Below, piece by piece: positions 1-11,697 of a DNA stretch of 64,000 nucleotides. The notes below the pieces were generated by a model. It saw only the letters and a list, made by a program, of their open reading frames with translations. It was not told the DNA's origin and searched no databases. The number at the start of each line of letters is the position of its first letter. The first letter of the stretch is position 1. This DNA is from an uncultured Gammaproteobacteria bacterium (lineage in GTDB: Bacteria; Pseudomonadota; Gammaproteobacteria; UBA9214): positions 32,001 through 96,000 of the forward strand of contig CAWHCQ010000031.1 of assembly GCA_963827755.1 (NCBI GenBank), read 5' to 3'. The translations under genes and the position numbers were made by a program.

Positions 1-541
1 GCAGCGACGGTTCGGCAAGCCGGCAGATTTCGGCGCGCACCGGATTACCGGTATGCACCGGATGACGGGCAGCCGGCAGGCTGCCGGGGAAGGCCTCCAT
101 CACGGTGCGTGCCAGCGGCGCAAGCCAGCGATTGGTCATGCCGGCAACCGAATTCTGTTCATGGATCAACAGCGGGCGACGCAACAGCCAGGCAACAACC
201 CCGCCGGGTCCGGATGCAAAGCCGCCCATGCCAAGCACTGCCAGCGGACGCAAGCGTAACTGGATAACCATGGCCTGCATGAGCGCGACAGCCAGCATGA
301 AGGGGGCCAGCAGCAGCCGCAGCACACCCTTGCCGCGCAGCCCGGAAACACGCATCGTTTCAAGCGGGTAGCCGGCCGCCGGAACCACGCGCGCTTCCAG
401 CCCGCGCTGCGTGCCCAGCCAGGATACGGAGACACCCTGTGCGGACAACTCCCTGGCAACGGCCAGCGCGGGAAACACATGCCCGCCGGTGCCTCCCGCC
501 ATGATCAGCACCGGTCGACGGCTGCTTGCAGACTGCATCAT
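1..541 (-). CDS. murG: MurG undecaprenyl-PP-MurNAc-pentapeptide GlcNAc transferase (5' part; runs off the window)
   Basis: Manual translation from ATG 541: MMQSASSRRPVLIMAGGTGGHVFPALAVA...HEQNSVAG...HTGNPVR; ATGA overlap with the ftsW stop. Confidence 0.95.
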   Translation of the reverse strand, partial: MMQSASSRRPVLIMAGGTGGHVFPALAVARELSAQGVSVSWLGTQRGLEARVVPAAGYPLETMRVSGLRGKGVLRLLLAPFMLAVALMQAMVIQLRLRPLAVLGMGGFASGPGGVVAWLLRRPLLIHEQNSVAGMTNRWLAPLARTVMEAFPGSLPAARHPVHTGNPVRAEICRLAEPSL

Positions 542-1719
542 GTCCGCACCTTTCTGCGCACCGCGTTGATTGCAGAGCGCGTCTCGTAATCAACACGCAA
601 TAACAGGGCCACGGCGGCACACATAACCACCATGCTTGACCCGCCGTAACTCACCAGCGGCAGCGTCAGGCCCTTGGTCGGCAGCAGACCCATGTTGACG
701 CCGATATTGACGAAGCTCTGCAGTGCGAACCAGATACCGATGCCGTATGCAAGATAGGATGCAAACAGGTTGTCCGCATTGGCCGCCTGGGCGGCGATAA
801 TGAAGGCACGCCATACCAGCAGCGTATACAGGGCAATAATGACGCACACGCCCAGCAGGCCGAGCTCCTCGGCAAGCACGGCGAACACAAAATCGGTATG
901 CGCTTCCGGCAGGTAAAACAGTTTCTGTACGCTTGAACCCAGGCCGACCCCCAGCCATTCACCCCGACCAATAGCCATCAGCGACTGGGTAAGCTGAAAG
1001 CCGCTGTCAAACGGGTCCGCCCAGGGATTCATGAAGGTAGTCAGGCGCTCCATTCGATAGGGCGACGACACGGCAAGCCCGCCGAGCAGCAACCCGCCGC
1101 TGCCGAGCATGCCGGCAAATTGCGTCAACTTCACACCCGCCATGAAAATCATGCCCATGACCGTTGCCGCCAGTACAACGGTTGCACCAAAATCCGGCTC
1201 CAGCAGCAACAGCACGGCTGCAATCGACAACAGGCCAAGCGGCTTCAGGAAGCCGCTGATATGCGAACGCACTTCGCAGCCGTAGCGCGCCAGGTAAGCT
1301 GCCAGGTAAATTATGAACAGCAATTTTGCAGGCTCGGAAACCTGTAGCCTGAAGAGACCGACATTGATCCAGCGAGTTGCACCATTCACTTCCACGCCGA
1401 CAGCGGGTACCAGCACCAGCGACAGCAACAGAAAAGACAACAGCAACAGGACCTGCGCCATTTTCGCCAGTATGGCAAGCGGCAGGCGAAACAGGATACT
1501 GCCAATGAACACACCGGCACCGATATAAACGACCTGGCGAATCGCATAATAAAAAGGCCTGCCAAGCTCACGGTCGGCAAAGGTCACAGACGCAGACGCC
1601 ACCATCACCAGGCCGAGCGCGGCAAGGGCTGCCGCTGCGAACAGCAGCCAGTAATCCATGCGTGGCAAACGCACGCCACGTGTACCGAGATAGCGGGCCT
1701 GGATGGCGGTGGCTGTCAT
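538..1719 (-). CDS. ftsW: Peptidoglycan glycosyltransferase FtsW
   Basis: SEDS motifs NGATRW, QVSEPAK, LPEAHTDF, KGLTLPLVSYGGSS; dcw position. Confidence 0.96.
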   Translation of the reverse strand: MTATAIQARYLGTRGVRLPRMDYWLLFAAAALAALGLVMVASASVTFADRELGRPFYYAIRQVVYIGAGVFIGSILFRLPLAILAKMAQVLLLLSFLLLSLVLVPAVGVEVNGATRWINVGLFRLQVSEPAKLLFIIYLAAYLARYGCEVRSHISGFLKPLGLLSIAAVLLLLEPDFGATVVLAATVMGMIFMAGVKLTQFAGMLGSGGLLLGGLAVSSPYRMERLTTFMNPWADPFDSGFQLTQSLMAIGRGEWLGVGLGSSVQKLFYLPEAHTDFVFAVLAEELGLLGVCVIIALYTLLVWRAFIIAAQAANADNLFASYLAYGIGIWFALQSFVNIGVNMGLLPTKGLTLPLVSYGGSSMVVMCAAVALLLRVDYETRSAINAVRRKVRT

Positions 1720-3086
1720 GTTTTCAGGACCTCCCGTACCGCCCTGGTAAACACTTCACCACGCTCGACAAAATTGCGATACATATCGGTACTGGCACAG
1801 GCCGGGGACAACAGCACGCAATCACCCGGCCGCGCCATCGCAGCCGCCCGGGTCACGGCCTGGGTCATATCCAGGGCATGCTCCACGGGCACAACCTCAC
1901 CGAGCACTGCCTCGAGCAGGGCAGCGTCCTTGCCGATCAGCACAGCACCGACCCCCTTGTGCCGCATGGCATCGGCCAGTGGAGAAAAGTCTGCACCCTT
2001 GCCGTCTCCACCGGCAATCAGGACGAGCCGGCCTTCGATACCCTCGATGGCCGCCAGCGTTGCACCGACATTGGTCCCCTTTGAATCGTTGTACCATTGC
2101 ACCCCGTTGTGCGTCACAACATGCTGCATCCGGTGTGGCAGCCCCTGGAACTCCGCCAGTGTTTCCAGCATTGCAGCCAGCGGCAGCCCGGCTGATTCGC
2201 CCAGTGCCAGTGCCGCCAGTGCATTCATCATGTTGTGACGTCCGGCCATCCGCACCTTGCTTGCCGGCAACAATTGTTCACTGCCACGGGCCAGCCAGAT
2301 CTCGCCGGCGCGCTCAATCAGCCCGTACTCGTTTTCACCCGGCGTCTGCTGCGTAAAGCGCAGCTGTGGACGTTCCGGATCCGCAAGACTCGCAGCCAGC
2401 GGATCATCGGCATTCACCACCTGTATTGCTGCACCGCGGTAAACAGCCTGTTTTGCCGCGGCATAGGACGCGAGATCACTGTAACGATCCATGTGATCAG
2501 CACTCACATTCAGTACAACTGCCGCCTGCGGCCGCAGTGACTCGATGGTTTCGAGTTGAAAGCTCGACAATTCCAGCACGTACAGGTCGGGCTCCGTCAC
2601 GTCGATCAAGTCAAGTGCCGGGGTGCCGATATTGCCGCCGGTGCGCACATCGAGGCCGGCGCGGCGCGCCATGGCACTGAGCAGGGTCACTACCGTGCTT
2701 TTCCCGTTGGAACCGGTCACTGCCAGCACCGGTGCCGTCACTGCCTGCGCAAACAGCTCGACATCGCCGATCAGCGGAACGCCACGCGCAACAGCCGCGG
2801 CAACTTCAGGTTCCCTGGCCGATACCCCGGGGCTGATCACAATCTGCTCGGCACGGGCAAAGGCCTCGGCATGAAACCCGCCGAGAAACAGGGCGACGTC
2901 AGCGGGCAGCTCGGCATACAGCTTCTCCAGGCCCGGAGGGTTTTCACGGCTGTCGACGATTGCAACGGCAGCACCCTGGCGTGACAGATAGCGCGCCACG
3001 GACAAACCCGTTTCACCGAGTCCGACCACCAGCGTTCTGCTCGCCTTGTCAAACATGTGTGTCATTGCCAATACCGGGACCGCCAT
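1716..3086 (-). CDS. murD: UDP-MurNAc-L-Ala:D-Glu ligase
   Basis: GLGETG, TGSNGKST, ELSSFQL, NDSKGTN, LSPACAS motifs; start codon uncertain. Confidence 0.96.
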   Translation of the reverse strand: MAVPVLAMTHMFDKASRTLVVGLGETGLSVARYLSRQGAAVAIVDSRENPPGLEKLYAELPADVALFLGGFHAEAFARAEQIVISPGVSAREPEVAAAVARGVPLIGDVELFAQAVTAPVLAVTGSNGKSTVVTLLSAMARRAGLDVRTGGNIGTPALDLIDVTEPDLYVLELSSFQLETIESLRPQAAVVLNVSADHMDRYSDLASYAAAKQAVYRGAAIQVVNADDPLAASLADPERPQLRFTQQTPGENEYGLIERAGEIWLARGSEQLLPASKVRMAGRHNMMNALAALALGESAGLPLAAMLETLAEFQGLPHRMQHVVTHNGVQWYNDSKGTNVGATLAAIEGIEGRLVLIAGGDGKGADFSPLADAMRHKGVGAVLIGKDAALLEAVLGEVVPVEHALDMTQAVTRAAAMARPGDCVLLSPACASTDMYRNFVERGEVFTRAVREVLKT

Positions 3087-3157
3087 CGTTTACAACCCGC
3101 AAGGAAATCTGTTTGCCGGGACCACTTCAACCATTACCGTTTTCCTGTGCATGCACT

Positions 3158-4240
3158 TCAACGTATCTTCAGTGTTGCCAGGCCAACCAGCACAAGAATC
3201 ACGGTTATAATCCAGAATCGCACGATGACGCGCGGTTCCGGCCAGCCCTTTAATTCAAAATGATGGTGCAACGGCGCCATGTGGAAAATTCGCCGGCCGG
3301 TCAGCTTGTATGAACCCACCTGCAGGATGACGGATACGGTCTCCATAACGAACACACCGGACATCACCATAAACACGAGTTCCTGGCGCACCAGCACGGC
3401 AACGATGCCCAGCGCAGCGCCCAGCGCCAGTGCACCCACATCCCCCATGAACACCATGGCGGGATAGGCGTTGAACCAGAGAAAACCCAGCCCGGCACCG
3501 ACCAGTGCGCCGCAGAAGACGACGAGCTCGGCTGTCTCGTTTATGTAGGGGATACCCAGATAGGCAGCGATCTTCACGTTGCCGGTGGTATAGGCAAACA
3601 CGCCGAGTGCACCGGCAATCAATACGGTAGGCAGAATGGCGAGCCCGTCGAGCCCGTCTGTCAGGTTCACTGCATTACTGGTCCCGACGATCACAAAATA
3701 GGACAGCGCCACGTAAAACCAGCCAAGGTTGACCGCGACATCCTTGAAGAAGGGAACAATCAGCGCGGTTTCGGCAGGCGTATTTGCGCTCATGTAAAGA
3801 AAAACCGTCACACTCAATGCGACCATGGATTGCCAGAAGATCTTGCTGCGTGCCGACAGTCCGTCTGAATTTTTCAACACCAGTTTTTTGTAATCATCAA
3901 CCCAGCCGATTGCGCCGAACAGGGTCGTCACCACGAGTACGACCCAGACATAATGATTGCCAAGATCCGCCCACATGAGTGTGGCAACCGCGATTGCAAC
4001 CAGGATCAGCGCACCGCCCATGGTCGGGGTGCCCGCCTTTACCAGGTGTGACTGCGGGCCGTCATTACGCACTGACTGTCCAATCTGGTAACGGCCCAGC
4101 CTGCGTATCATCTCCGGCCCGATGACGAACGAAATCAGCAACGCCGTCAATACGCCAAGGATGGCACGCAGTGTCAGGTACTGGAAAACATTGAAACCGC
4201 TGTGGTACTGGCTCAGGTATTCAGCAAGGTGAAGCAGCAT
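3158..4240 (-). CDS. mraY: Phospho-MurNAc-pentapeptide transferase
   Basis: [35 protein letters not shown]; start trimmed to MLLHLAEY. Confidence 0.97.
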   Translation of the reverse strand: MLLHLAEYLSQYHSGFNVFQYLTLRAILGVLTALLISFVIGPEMIRRLGRYQIGQSVRNDGPQSHLVKAGTPTMGGALILVAIAVATLMWADLGNHYVWVVLVVTTLFGAIGWVDDYKKLVLKNSDGLSARSKIFWQSMVALSVTVFLYMSANTPAETALIVPFFKDVAVNLGWFYVALSYFVIVGTSNAVNLTDGLDGLAILPTVLIAGALGVFAYTTGNVKIAAYLGIPYINETAELVVFCGALVGAGLGFLWFNAYPAMVFMGDVGALALGAALGIVAVLVRQELVFMVMSGVFVMETVSVILQVGSYKLTGRRIFHMAPLHHHFELKGWPEPRVIVRFWIITVILVLVGLATLKIR

Positions 4241-4241
4241 G

Positions 4242-5624
4242 CTAGCAGCCCTCCCCGGCAGGCAGGATATGCTGCTGCAATGCAACCAGCGCATCGACGA
4301 CGCGTTCCATGCGCATGCGCCGCGACCCCTTTACCAGGATATGCAGCGGAGTTGTCAGATCGCTTTTCAGGGCCGCAAGCAGTTCATCCAGCGTGGCAAA
4401 TGCCCTGCCCTTGCCGTTAAAAGTCCCAATGGCCTGCTGCGCCAGCTCGCCGAGCGTATAGAGCCGGCTGACACCCGCCGCCCGCGCCTGGCGTCCCGCG
4501 TTGCGGTGCAATGCCGATTCCCCGGCCCCCAGTTCACCCATGTCGCCCAGCACCAGCCAGGTCTCGCCACCGGCCTGTGCCAGCACGTCCAGGGCAACCT
4601 GCAGGGATTCCGGGTTGGCGTTATAGGTGTCGTCGATCAGGGTGACATTGCCGGGTAATTGTTGAATATTGAAACGTCCCGGCACCGCTGACACCGACGC
4701 CAGCCCGTCACGCACGGCATCCAGGCCGGCACCGGCGGCGAGCGCCGCTGCAGAGGCGGCGAGCGCATTCATGACGTTATGCCTTCCCGGCAATGACAGG
4801 TGCACTTCGATCTCTCCCTGCCCGGTCACCAGCCGGACATCGCTGCCCCGGGCGTCGCCGCTCCAGTCTGCATGCACAGCCGCCCCGGCTGTCAGGCCGA
4901 AATCGACAATCCGGCAATGCGCGGCCAGTTCACGCCAGAGGGGCGCAAATTCATCATCGGCGTTTATCACTGCCACCGCGTCTTTATCGAGATTTGCGAA
5001 CAACTCGCCCTTTGCCCGGGCAACACCCTCAACATCACCGAAACCTTCAAGGTGTGCCGGCCCGGCATTCGTCACGACGCCAATATCCGCGTGCGCGATA
5101 CCGGCAAGGTATTCGATTTCACCGGGGTGGTTCGCACCCATCTCCAGCACGGCAAATTCATCGCCCGGACCCAGGCGTGCCAGCGTCAATGGCAGGCCGA
5201 TATCGTTATTCAGGTTCCCCTGCGTCGAAAGCGTCTGCCCGCAGCGTTGCAATATGGCTTCCAGCATCGCCCGTACGGTGGTCTTGCCATTACTGCCGGT
5301 AATGGCGACGACCGGCAGCGAAAACCTGGAGCGCCAGTACCCCGCCAGGCTGCCCAGCGCGAGCCGCGTATCACTGACTTCGAGCAGCGGCAATTGTGTG
5401 CGGCACTGCCGGCTCACGGCAGCCGCGCTTGCGCCCCGCTGCTGCGCCTCTGCAAGATATTCATGACCATCGAAATTCGGCCCCTGCAGGGCAAAGAACA
5501 GGCAGCCTGCCTCGAGTTTCCTGCTATCCGTGCTGATGCCGCGAAAGGCAACGTCCACAGGCGAATAGCGGCCATCCAGCGCCTCGGCGGCTTCTGAAAG
5601 TTGCATGGCCATCATCGCGTCCAT
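4242..5624 (-). CDS. murF: UDP-MurNAc-tripeptide:D-Ala-D-Ala ligase
   Basis: [40 protein letters not shown]. Confidence 0.96.
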   Translation of the reverse strand: MDAMMAMQLSEAAEALDGRYSPVDVAFRGISTDSRKLEAGCLFFALQGPNFDGHEYLAEAQQRGASAAAVSRQCRTQLPLLEVSDTRLALGSLAGYWRSRFSLPVVAITGSNGKTTVRAMLEAILQRCGQTLSTQGNLNNDIGLPLTLARLGPGDEFAVLEMGANHPGEIEYLAGIAHADIGVVTNAGPAHLEGFGDVEGVARAKGELFANLDKDAVAVINADDEFAPLWRELAAHCRIVDFGLTAGAAVHADWSGDARGSDVRLVTGQGEIEVHLSLPGRHNVMNALAASAAALAAGAGLDAVRDGLASVSAVPGRFNIQQLPGNVTLIDDTYNANPESLQVALDVLAQAGGETWLVLGDMGELGAGESALHRNAGRQARAAGVSRLYTLGELAQQAIGTFNGKGRAFATLDELLAALKSDLTTPLHILVKGSRRMRMERVVDALVALQQHILPAGEGC

Positions 5625-7148
5625 TCCCGCAGCAAAGCCCTGACACGCTCACGGTCACTGAACGGCACGGCGCGCGTACCGGTAATCTGTACCGTCTCGT
5701 GCCCTTTCCCGGCAATCAGCACGAGATCATCCGGCCCTGCCTCCTGCATCGCCCGGGTAATGGCATGGGCACGATCATGCTCGATATGCACCAGCGCAGG
5801 CTGTTTTATCCCGGCACGAATTTCATCAATGATCTGTTGTGGATCCTCGGTGCGCGGGTTGTCATCGGTGAGCACGATTTCATCGGCAAATCGTTCGGCA
5901 ACCGCCCCCATCAACGGCCGCTTGCCGCGATCGCGATCACCACCGGCCCCGAACACGCACCAGAGCCTGCCGGCACAATGTTCGCGCAGCGAGACAAGCA
6001 CGGCCTCCAGCGCTCCTGCCGTGTGCGCATAGTCGACCACTACCAGCGGGTGAGCTGCGCCGGCATCGAAACGCTCCATGCGCCCGGCTACCGTGCGCGT
6101 TACCGCGAGGCGCCTCAGGGCCTCTTTAAACGGCAGACCCGTCACACACAGGCTGGCAAGCGCCGCCAGCAGGTTGCTGGCATTGAAACGGCCCAGCAGG
6201 GAACTCTGCAGGCTGCCTCCGCCCCAGGGCGTATTGACATCCATGCGCATGCCCGCACTGTTCATTTCCAGGTTGCGCCCGATCACCCACTGCGCCGGGA
6301 AGCGGGTACGAAACGGTTCATTCTCGAGACGGTAGGCAATCGGTGCAACGCCGGGCGGAATATCATCCAGCAATGCAGCGCCAAAACTGTCGTCTGCATT
6401 GATAACGGCATAGCGCAATCCGTCAGCGTGAAATAATTTCCGCTTGGCGCTCGCATAGGCCTCGACATTACCGTGATAATCGAGATGGTCACGGCTCAGG
6501 TTGGTCAATACTGCAATATCAAAATCCACGCCACGGACGCGTCCCTGGTCCATGGCATGTGAGGAAACTTCTGCAACAACACAGCGCGCACCCTGTTGTT
6601 GCATATTGTAAAGCGACTGCTGCACCGTCAGTGCATCCGGCGTGGTGTGCGTGGCGGAAGACAACTCGCCATACAGGCCGTAACCCAGCGTACCAATTAC
6701 CCCGCAACGCCGGTCACCACTATTCAGCGCCTGCGCAATAAAATGGGAAACCGAGGTCTTGCCATCCGTGCCGGTAACACCAATCACAAACAGGCCATGT
6801 GACGGGTGCCCGAAGAAACGGTCACTTATGATCCCGACCCGGTGGCGCAAGATCGGGGACGGCCACCACGGGTACCGGCAGCAGTGCGGCCATTTCCGCA
6901 AGGCCGGCATCAGTAACAAGCGGCTCCCACGCAACGGCTGTCGCACCCAGCGCAACGGCCTGGCGGGCATGCTGAAGTCCATGGGTGTGCGCGCCGGCAA
7001 CAGCGAGGAATAAATCACCCGCCTGCACCTTGCGACTGTCAAGGGCGATACCGTTTACCGCTATATCGCGCCTGACATTAACGTCAGCAAAACCCTGCAA
7101 CAACCCGGAAAGGGTATGCTCTGCTGTCATGGCTTCAGCCGACATCAT
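5612..7148 (-). CDS. murE: UDP-MurNAc-dipeptide:mDAP ligase (apparent +1 frameshift near 6850)
   Basis: N-terminus in ORF 6822..7148 (DSRKVQAGDLFLA); remainder in ORF 5612..7042 (TGTDGKT, EVSSH, DYAHT, DNPR, AGKGHE). Confidence 0.93.
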
Positions 7149-8858
7149 GCAGGCTCTCCCGCAGAATCGAGCCGTGTTTGCAGCAATGGCATGTTGTCGG
7201 GCGGCACGGCCAGCAGGCGTAATGCCCCCGACATAACCCTGGAAAACACGGGCGCTGCCACCTGCCCGCCGTAATACTTGCCGTTCGACGGCTCATCGAT
7301 CATGACAACCATTGCAAGCTGCGGGTCACTGGCCGGGGCCATGCCGGCAAATACCGCCAGGTACTTGCTGTCCGAATAGCCACCAGCCTCCGACTTGCGC
7401 ACTGTGCCGGTCTTGCCGGCAACGCGGTAGCCTGCAACACGGGCGAGTGGCGCGGTACCGTCCGGCCCTGCCGCCTGTTCCAGCATGTCGCGCACCTGTC
7501 GCGCGACCTGCGCCGGCATAACCCGCAGCTCGTTCTGCAGCTTCGACTTGCCTGAGGAAGGTAACCGGCCGCTTGACGCCTTCTGCCGCCAGCACGGCGA
7601 AGGCCTGCGCCAGCTGCAGCGGTGTTACGGAAATCCCGTAGCCGAAAGACAAGGTTGCAGTTTCAATTGCATTCCAGCCATCGTGAAAGGGAAGCAGGCC
7701 CGATGCCTCGCCGGGAAAACCGCTGAAACTCTGCACACCGAAACCAACGTCGGACAACAGTGACCAGATATCCGCTGCCGGCAACGACAGGGCAATCTTG
7801 CTGATACCCACATTACTGGACTTGCGGATCACGCCGGCAACATCCAGCTGACCGTAGTCATGCACATCGCGCACCGTGTTGACACCGACCTGGAACCAGC
7901 CCGGTGAAGTGCCGATCAGGGTGCCGGGTTGGTAACGCCCGCTCTGCAGGGCGGTTGCTACGATAAACGGCTTCATGGTCGAGCCGGGCTCAAACACATC
8001 GGTTAGCGCACGATTGCGCACATGACTGCTGCGCAGTCCCTGCCGGTTGTTGGGATTGAAAGCCGGCTGGTTAACCATCGCCAGTATTTCGCCAGTGTTG
8101 GTGTCCAGCACCACCGCGGAAGCCGAGCGTGCCTTGTGTTCCTGCATGGCTTTTTTAAGCTCACGATAAGCCAGGTACTGGATACGGTGATCAATACTCA
8201 GCTGCAGGTCTTTACCCGGGCGCGGATGACGGATACTTTCCACATCCTCGATAATGTTGCGCTTGCCGTCCTTGATGACACGCTTGGCGCCGGGCTCGCC
8301 GCCCAGCCACTCTTCATAAGCCAGCTCCAGCCCTTCCTGGCCAACATCGTCGATATTCGTAAAGCCGAGAACATGCGCAGCAACTTCACCGGCCGGATAA
8401 TACCGCCGGTACTCGCGCTGCAGGTACACACCGGGAATATCAAGCTCGCTTACACGTGCGGCCAGCGCCGGACTGACATGGCGTTGTAAATAAACAAATT
8501 CACGTTCGGAGCGTCCTGCCAACAGCTGCCGCACAGTCTCGTTCTCGAGTGACAACACCTGTTCCAGCTCAGGTATGCGTTGCTGCTCACCGGCCAGCTG
8601 CTGTGGATTGATCCACACGGATTCGACCGGCGTGCTGATTGCCAGTGGTTCTCCGTTACGGTCGGTAATCATGCCACGGTGCGCCGACAGGGCGACGACG
8701 CGCAAATGCCGCGCCTGCACCTGGTCCTGCAGAAACTGGTTGTCCAGCACCTGCAGGCTGACTGCACGCCAGACCAGTGCCACGGCAGCCAGCCCCATGC
8801 ACAGGTAGAGGAAGACGCGACGCCCTCGATACACACTGCTGGTCCGGTTACGACTCAT
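7145..8858 (-). CDS. ftsI: PBP3/FtsI transpeptidase (apparent +1 frameshift near 7533)
   Basis: RGMITDRNG, STMK (SxxK) and SSN in ORF 7326..8858; KTG motif in ORF 7145..7519. Confidence 0.94.
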
Positions 8859-9124
8859 GGCCTTACAATTACCGTGTTGGCGTGAGACAGACTCACCATT
8901 CCGAGGCGGTCACGGGCTGCACTTTCCACCTGGCCCTGGGTGGTCAGGGTGCTTTGCTCCAGTTGCAACTGGCCCCACTCAACATCCATGTTGTCCCTGT
9001 CATTACCGAGCGCTTGCAATTCTATAAACAGCTTGCGGCTCTGGTGCTTCGCATATACCACGCTGATGGATGAGGCGATAACGGCCAGCACGAGAATCAG
9101 GAGGACACCCGGATGCACCGTCAT
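8855..9124 (-). CDS. ftsL: Cell division protein FtsL
   Basis: One TM helix plus [11 protein letters not shown] coiled coil, between rsmH and ftsI. Confidence 0.93.
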   Translation of the reverse strand: MTVHPGVLLILVLAVIASSISVVYAKHQSRKLFIELQALGNDRDNMDVEWGQLQLEQSTLTTQGQVESAARDRLGMVSLSHANTVIVRP

Positions 9125-10056
9125 TGCAAACGCTCCGCCACCCTGAGTACGGCACTGCGTGCGCGCGGATTGCAGGCCACTTCTTCCTTGCCGGCACGCA
9201 GCGCCTTGCCGATCGGCCTGAGCCGTGGCCGAAAGTCCATGCCGGCAAGCGGAAATTCAACCGGTGGCTGCTCACCCTGGTATTCATGCCGGATGAATCG
9301 CTTGACGATACGGTCTTCAAGCGAATGAAAACTGATAATGACCAGGCGCCCATGCGGGGCCAGCACATCCAGCACCTGGTCGAGCACCGCCCTGATGTCA
9401 TCGAGTTCGTGATTGATGAATATACGGATCGCCTGGAAACTGCGGGTGGCCGGATGCTTGTTCTTTTCGTACACGGGAATCGCAGTTGCAACAAGCTCGG
9501 CCAGTTGCCGGGTTGTGCGCAGTGGTTCGGTTGCACGCAGCTCGACGATTGCCCGTGCAATACGGCGTGCAAAGCGTTCTTCGCCCAGGGTCTTCAGGAC
9601 ATCGCTGATTTCACGCTCGTCGGCCTGCTCCAGCCATTCTGCCGCACTCACGCCGGAAGTCGGATCCATGCGCATATCGAGCGGGCCTTCTTCGGAAAAA
9701 CTGAAGCCGCGTGAAGAATCATCCAGCTGGGGTGAAGACACGCCGAGATCGAGCAACAGGCCGTTGACCCGGCCGCTTAGTTCCCGCTGTGCAACCATCC
9801 GGCCGAGCATCGTAAATGTCCCCTGCTCGATTTCAAATCGAGGGTCATTACCGAATTGCATTTCGCCCGACTGCACGGCTTCCGGGTCCTTGTCTATAGC
9901 CAGCAAGCGACCGTCCGGCCCAAGCGCCGCAAGAATTGCACCTGCATGACCGCCACGACCGAAGGTTCCATCCACGTATACCCCGTCGGGTTGTATTGCC
10001 AGCCCTGCCAGTGTCTCCTTGAGCAGCACTGGCTGGTGTAAATAATCCATAGCCAC
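9121..10056 (-). CDS. rsmH: 16S rRNA m4C1402 methyltransferase
   Basis: [40 protein letters not shown]. Confidence 0.97.
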   Translation of the reverse strand: MAMDYLHQPVLLKETLAGLAIQPDGVYVDGTFGRGGHAGAILAALGPDGRLLAIDKDPEAVQSGEMQFGNDPRFEIEQGTFTMLGRMVAQRELSGRVNGLLLDLGVSSPQLDDSSRGFSFSEEGPLDMRMDPTSGVSAAEWLEQADEREISDVLKTLGEERFARRIARAIVELRATEPLRTTRQLAELVATAIPVYEKNKHPATRSFQAIRIFINHELDDIRAVLDQVLDVLAPHGRLVIISFHSLEDRIVKRFIRHEYQGEQPPVEFPLAGMDFRPRLRPIGKALRAGKEEVACNPRARSAVLRVAERLQ

Positions 10057-10058
10057 GA

Positions 10059-10508
10059 TCAGAGCGTCAGTTGTTCCAGTGAATCAGGCAACTCATCATT
10101 GCCATCATCGGAGATCCATTCATTACACCTCTTGTCCCAGGCCTCATCGTTCCAGATTTCGAACTTGTTACCCAGGCCGGCCAGCACAACGCGCTTTTCC
10201 AGTGATGCAAATTCACGCAGGCGCGGCGGAATCAGAATCCGCCCGCTCTTGTCCATGTCGAGTTCAGTTGCATGACCAAGCACCATGCGCTGCAGGGTGC
10301 GGGTGCGTTTGTTCTGGTTGGGAAGACGGACGAGTTTGCGTTCAATCTCGTCCCAGTCCGGAAGGGCATACAGCAGCAGACAGCGGTCGTCGTGAACCGT
10401 CAGCACCACGCGGCCTTCACAACGCGTAATGAGATCTTCACGGTAGCGGGTTGGAAGGGCCAGGCGACCCTTCGCATCCAGATTGACCGTGCTGCCACCT
10501 TTGAACAA
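10059..10508 (-). CDS. mraZ: Division/cell wall cluster repressor MraZ
   Basis: DAKGR and DKSGR repeats; TTG start; first gene of dcw. Confidence 0.96.
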   Translation of the reverse strand: MFKGGSTVNLDAKGRLALPTRYREDLITRCEGRVVLTVHDDRCLLLYALPDWDEIERKLVRLPNQNKRTRTLQRMVLGHATELDMDKSGRILIPPRLREFASLEKRVVLAGLGNKFEIWNDEAWDKRCNEWISDDGNDELPDSLEQLTL

Positions 10509-10514
10509 TTCCGC

Positions 10515-10570
10515 CCCCCTTTACTCCCCTGAAACCCATTTATTACCACTGAGTCCCACTTTGCGACACT
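10515..10570 (-). promoter_or_regulatory. MraZ-binding direct repeats (10-bp phased)
   Basis: Minus strand AGTGTC, AGTGGG, AGTGGT, AATGGG, AGGGGA, AGGGGG at exact 10-bp spacing, matching the known TGGG-type MraZ boxes. Confidence 0.85.
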
Positions 10571-10596
10571 ATAGGGAGGAAGGCTCGACCCGTCAA
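10568..10596 (-). promoter_or_regulatory. sigma70 promoter of the dcw operon
   Basis: TTGACG-17 bp-TATAGT directly upstream of the MraZ boxes. Confidence 0.8.
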
Positions 10597-10684
10597 GCTA
10601 AATCAGGAAAAAATCTCCATCTGGACAGTGACTTAGCCCATTTTCACGATTTAGCACCACAACTCGATCAACATATAAATTAGA

Positions 10685-10697
10685 AATCAAAAGCTTG
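10685..10697 (+). promoter_or_regulatory. Putative IHF site
   Basis: AATCAA-AAGC-TTG fits WATCAANNNNTTR in AT-rich DNA. Confidence 0.4.
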
Positions 10698-10805
10698 GCA
10701 GAATTACCTTGCGTAACTTGACAACATTAAGCGCCTTGAGTGGTTTTGCGGCCCGAAATCAGCCCTGGAAAACACCCCTGGCCGGTCATTATAAACCGAA
10801 TCGAA

Positions 10806-10853
10806 ACCCAATATCTTGGGTTTTTAACATTTTTATTTAGCTATATACGGTGA
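10806..10853. promoter_or_regulatory. Tandem NrdR-box-like palindromes
   Basis: ACCCAATATCTTGGGT (10806-10821) and TAGCTATATACGGTGA (10838-10853), 32 bp start-to-start; compared with consensus acaCwAtATaTwGtgt. Confidence 0.65.
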
Positions 10854-10909
10854 TTAATTCCACCCGGTAAAGGGCAAAGGATAGTCTGCCCGTTAGGGAA
10901 ACAAACCCT

Positions 10910-11042
10910 GATGGGTAGTCGCTGCGCTCCTTAGCCATCCTGCTTCACTCGCTCTGCGCAGGACGGGTAAAGCGCAGCGCACCCGTCAGGCAACCGGTCC
11001 ACCCGGACGCCTGCAGGACGGGTAAAGCGCAGCGTACCCGTC
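10910..11042. repeat. Three REP palindromes, family A (GCAGGACGGGTAAAGCGCAGCGYACCCGTC)
   Basis: Direct copies at 10958-10987 and 11013-11042; inverted variant at 10910-10943. Confidence 0.8.
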
Positions 11043-11066
11043 GGGGATGCATGCCTTCCTGTCGAT

Positions 11067-11095
11067 AAAAAAGGCCTGCGATGCAGGCCTTTTTT
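11067..11095. terminator. Bidirectional intrinsic terminator after ssb
   Basis: AAAAAAGGCCTGC-GAT-GCAGGCCTTTTTT. Confidence 0.9.
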
Positions 11096-11116
11096 ACTTC
11101 CCGATATTAACTGCGG

Positions 11117-11560
11117 TCAGAACGGGATATCGTCATCGAAGTCACCTGCGGGTGCTGGCGCGGAGGCAGCGGCAGTTTTGGCCGGAGCTGCAGCTGAATC
11201 GCCCGAAAAGCTGGCACTGCCGCCACGGCTGTCGAGCATCTGCATTTCGTTGGCAACGATCTCGGTGGTATAGCGGTCATTACCGGAATTGTCCTGCCAC
11301 TTGCGGGTCTGCAGCTTGCCTTCTATATAGACCTTCGAGCCTTTCTTCAGATATTCACCGGCAATCTCGCCAAGGCGCCGGAACATGACCACCCGGTGCC
11401 ATTCCGTCTTTTCCTGCTGTTCACCGCTGGTCTTGTCCTTCCAGGATTCAGAAGTGGCCAGGGTAATATTGGCAACCGCGTTGCCATTCGGCATGTAGCG
11501 TACTTCCGGATCCTTGCCGAGATTGCCGATCAGAATTACCTTGTTTACTCCTCGTGACAT
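11117..11560 (-). CDS. ssb: Single-stranded DNA-binding protein
   Basis: [16 protein letters not shown]; C-terminal DFDDDIPF. Confidence 0.98.
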   Translation of the reverse strand: MSRGVNKVILIGNLGKDPEVRYMPNGNAVANITLATSESWKDKTSGEQQEKTEWHRVVMFRRLGEIAGEYLKKGSKVYIEGKLQTRKWQDNSGNDRYTTEIVANEMQMLDSRGGSASFSGDSAAAPAKTAAASAPAPAGDFDDDIPF

Positions 11561-11697
11561 GATGCTCTCCTGTTATGTATGGGTTTCACCGGCCCGGTGG
11601 CCGCCCCGTTTGTGTGTTCCCGTGCAAAGTTGCTTCTTATTCTATGCCAAGGCCTGCCGGTGTTCTATGACTTTGGGCCGCTAAAACCCGCCGGTTT

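Noticed and set aside
10600-11060. RNase P RNA (rnpB), often found upstream of mraZ
   Set aside because: The conserved GAGGAAAGTCC and terminal ACAGAA..CGGCTTA elements are not seen; the region is AT-rich DNA plus REPs.
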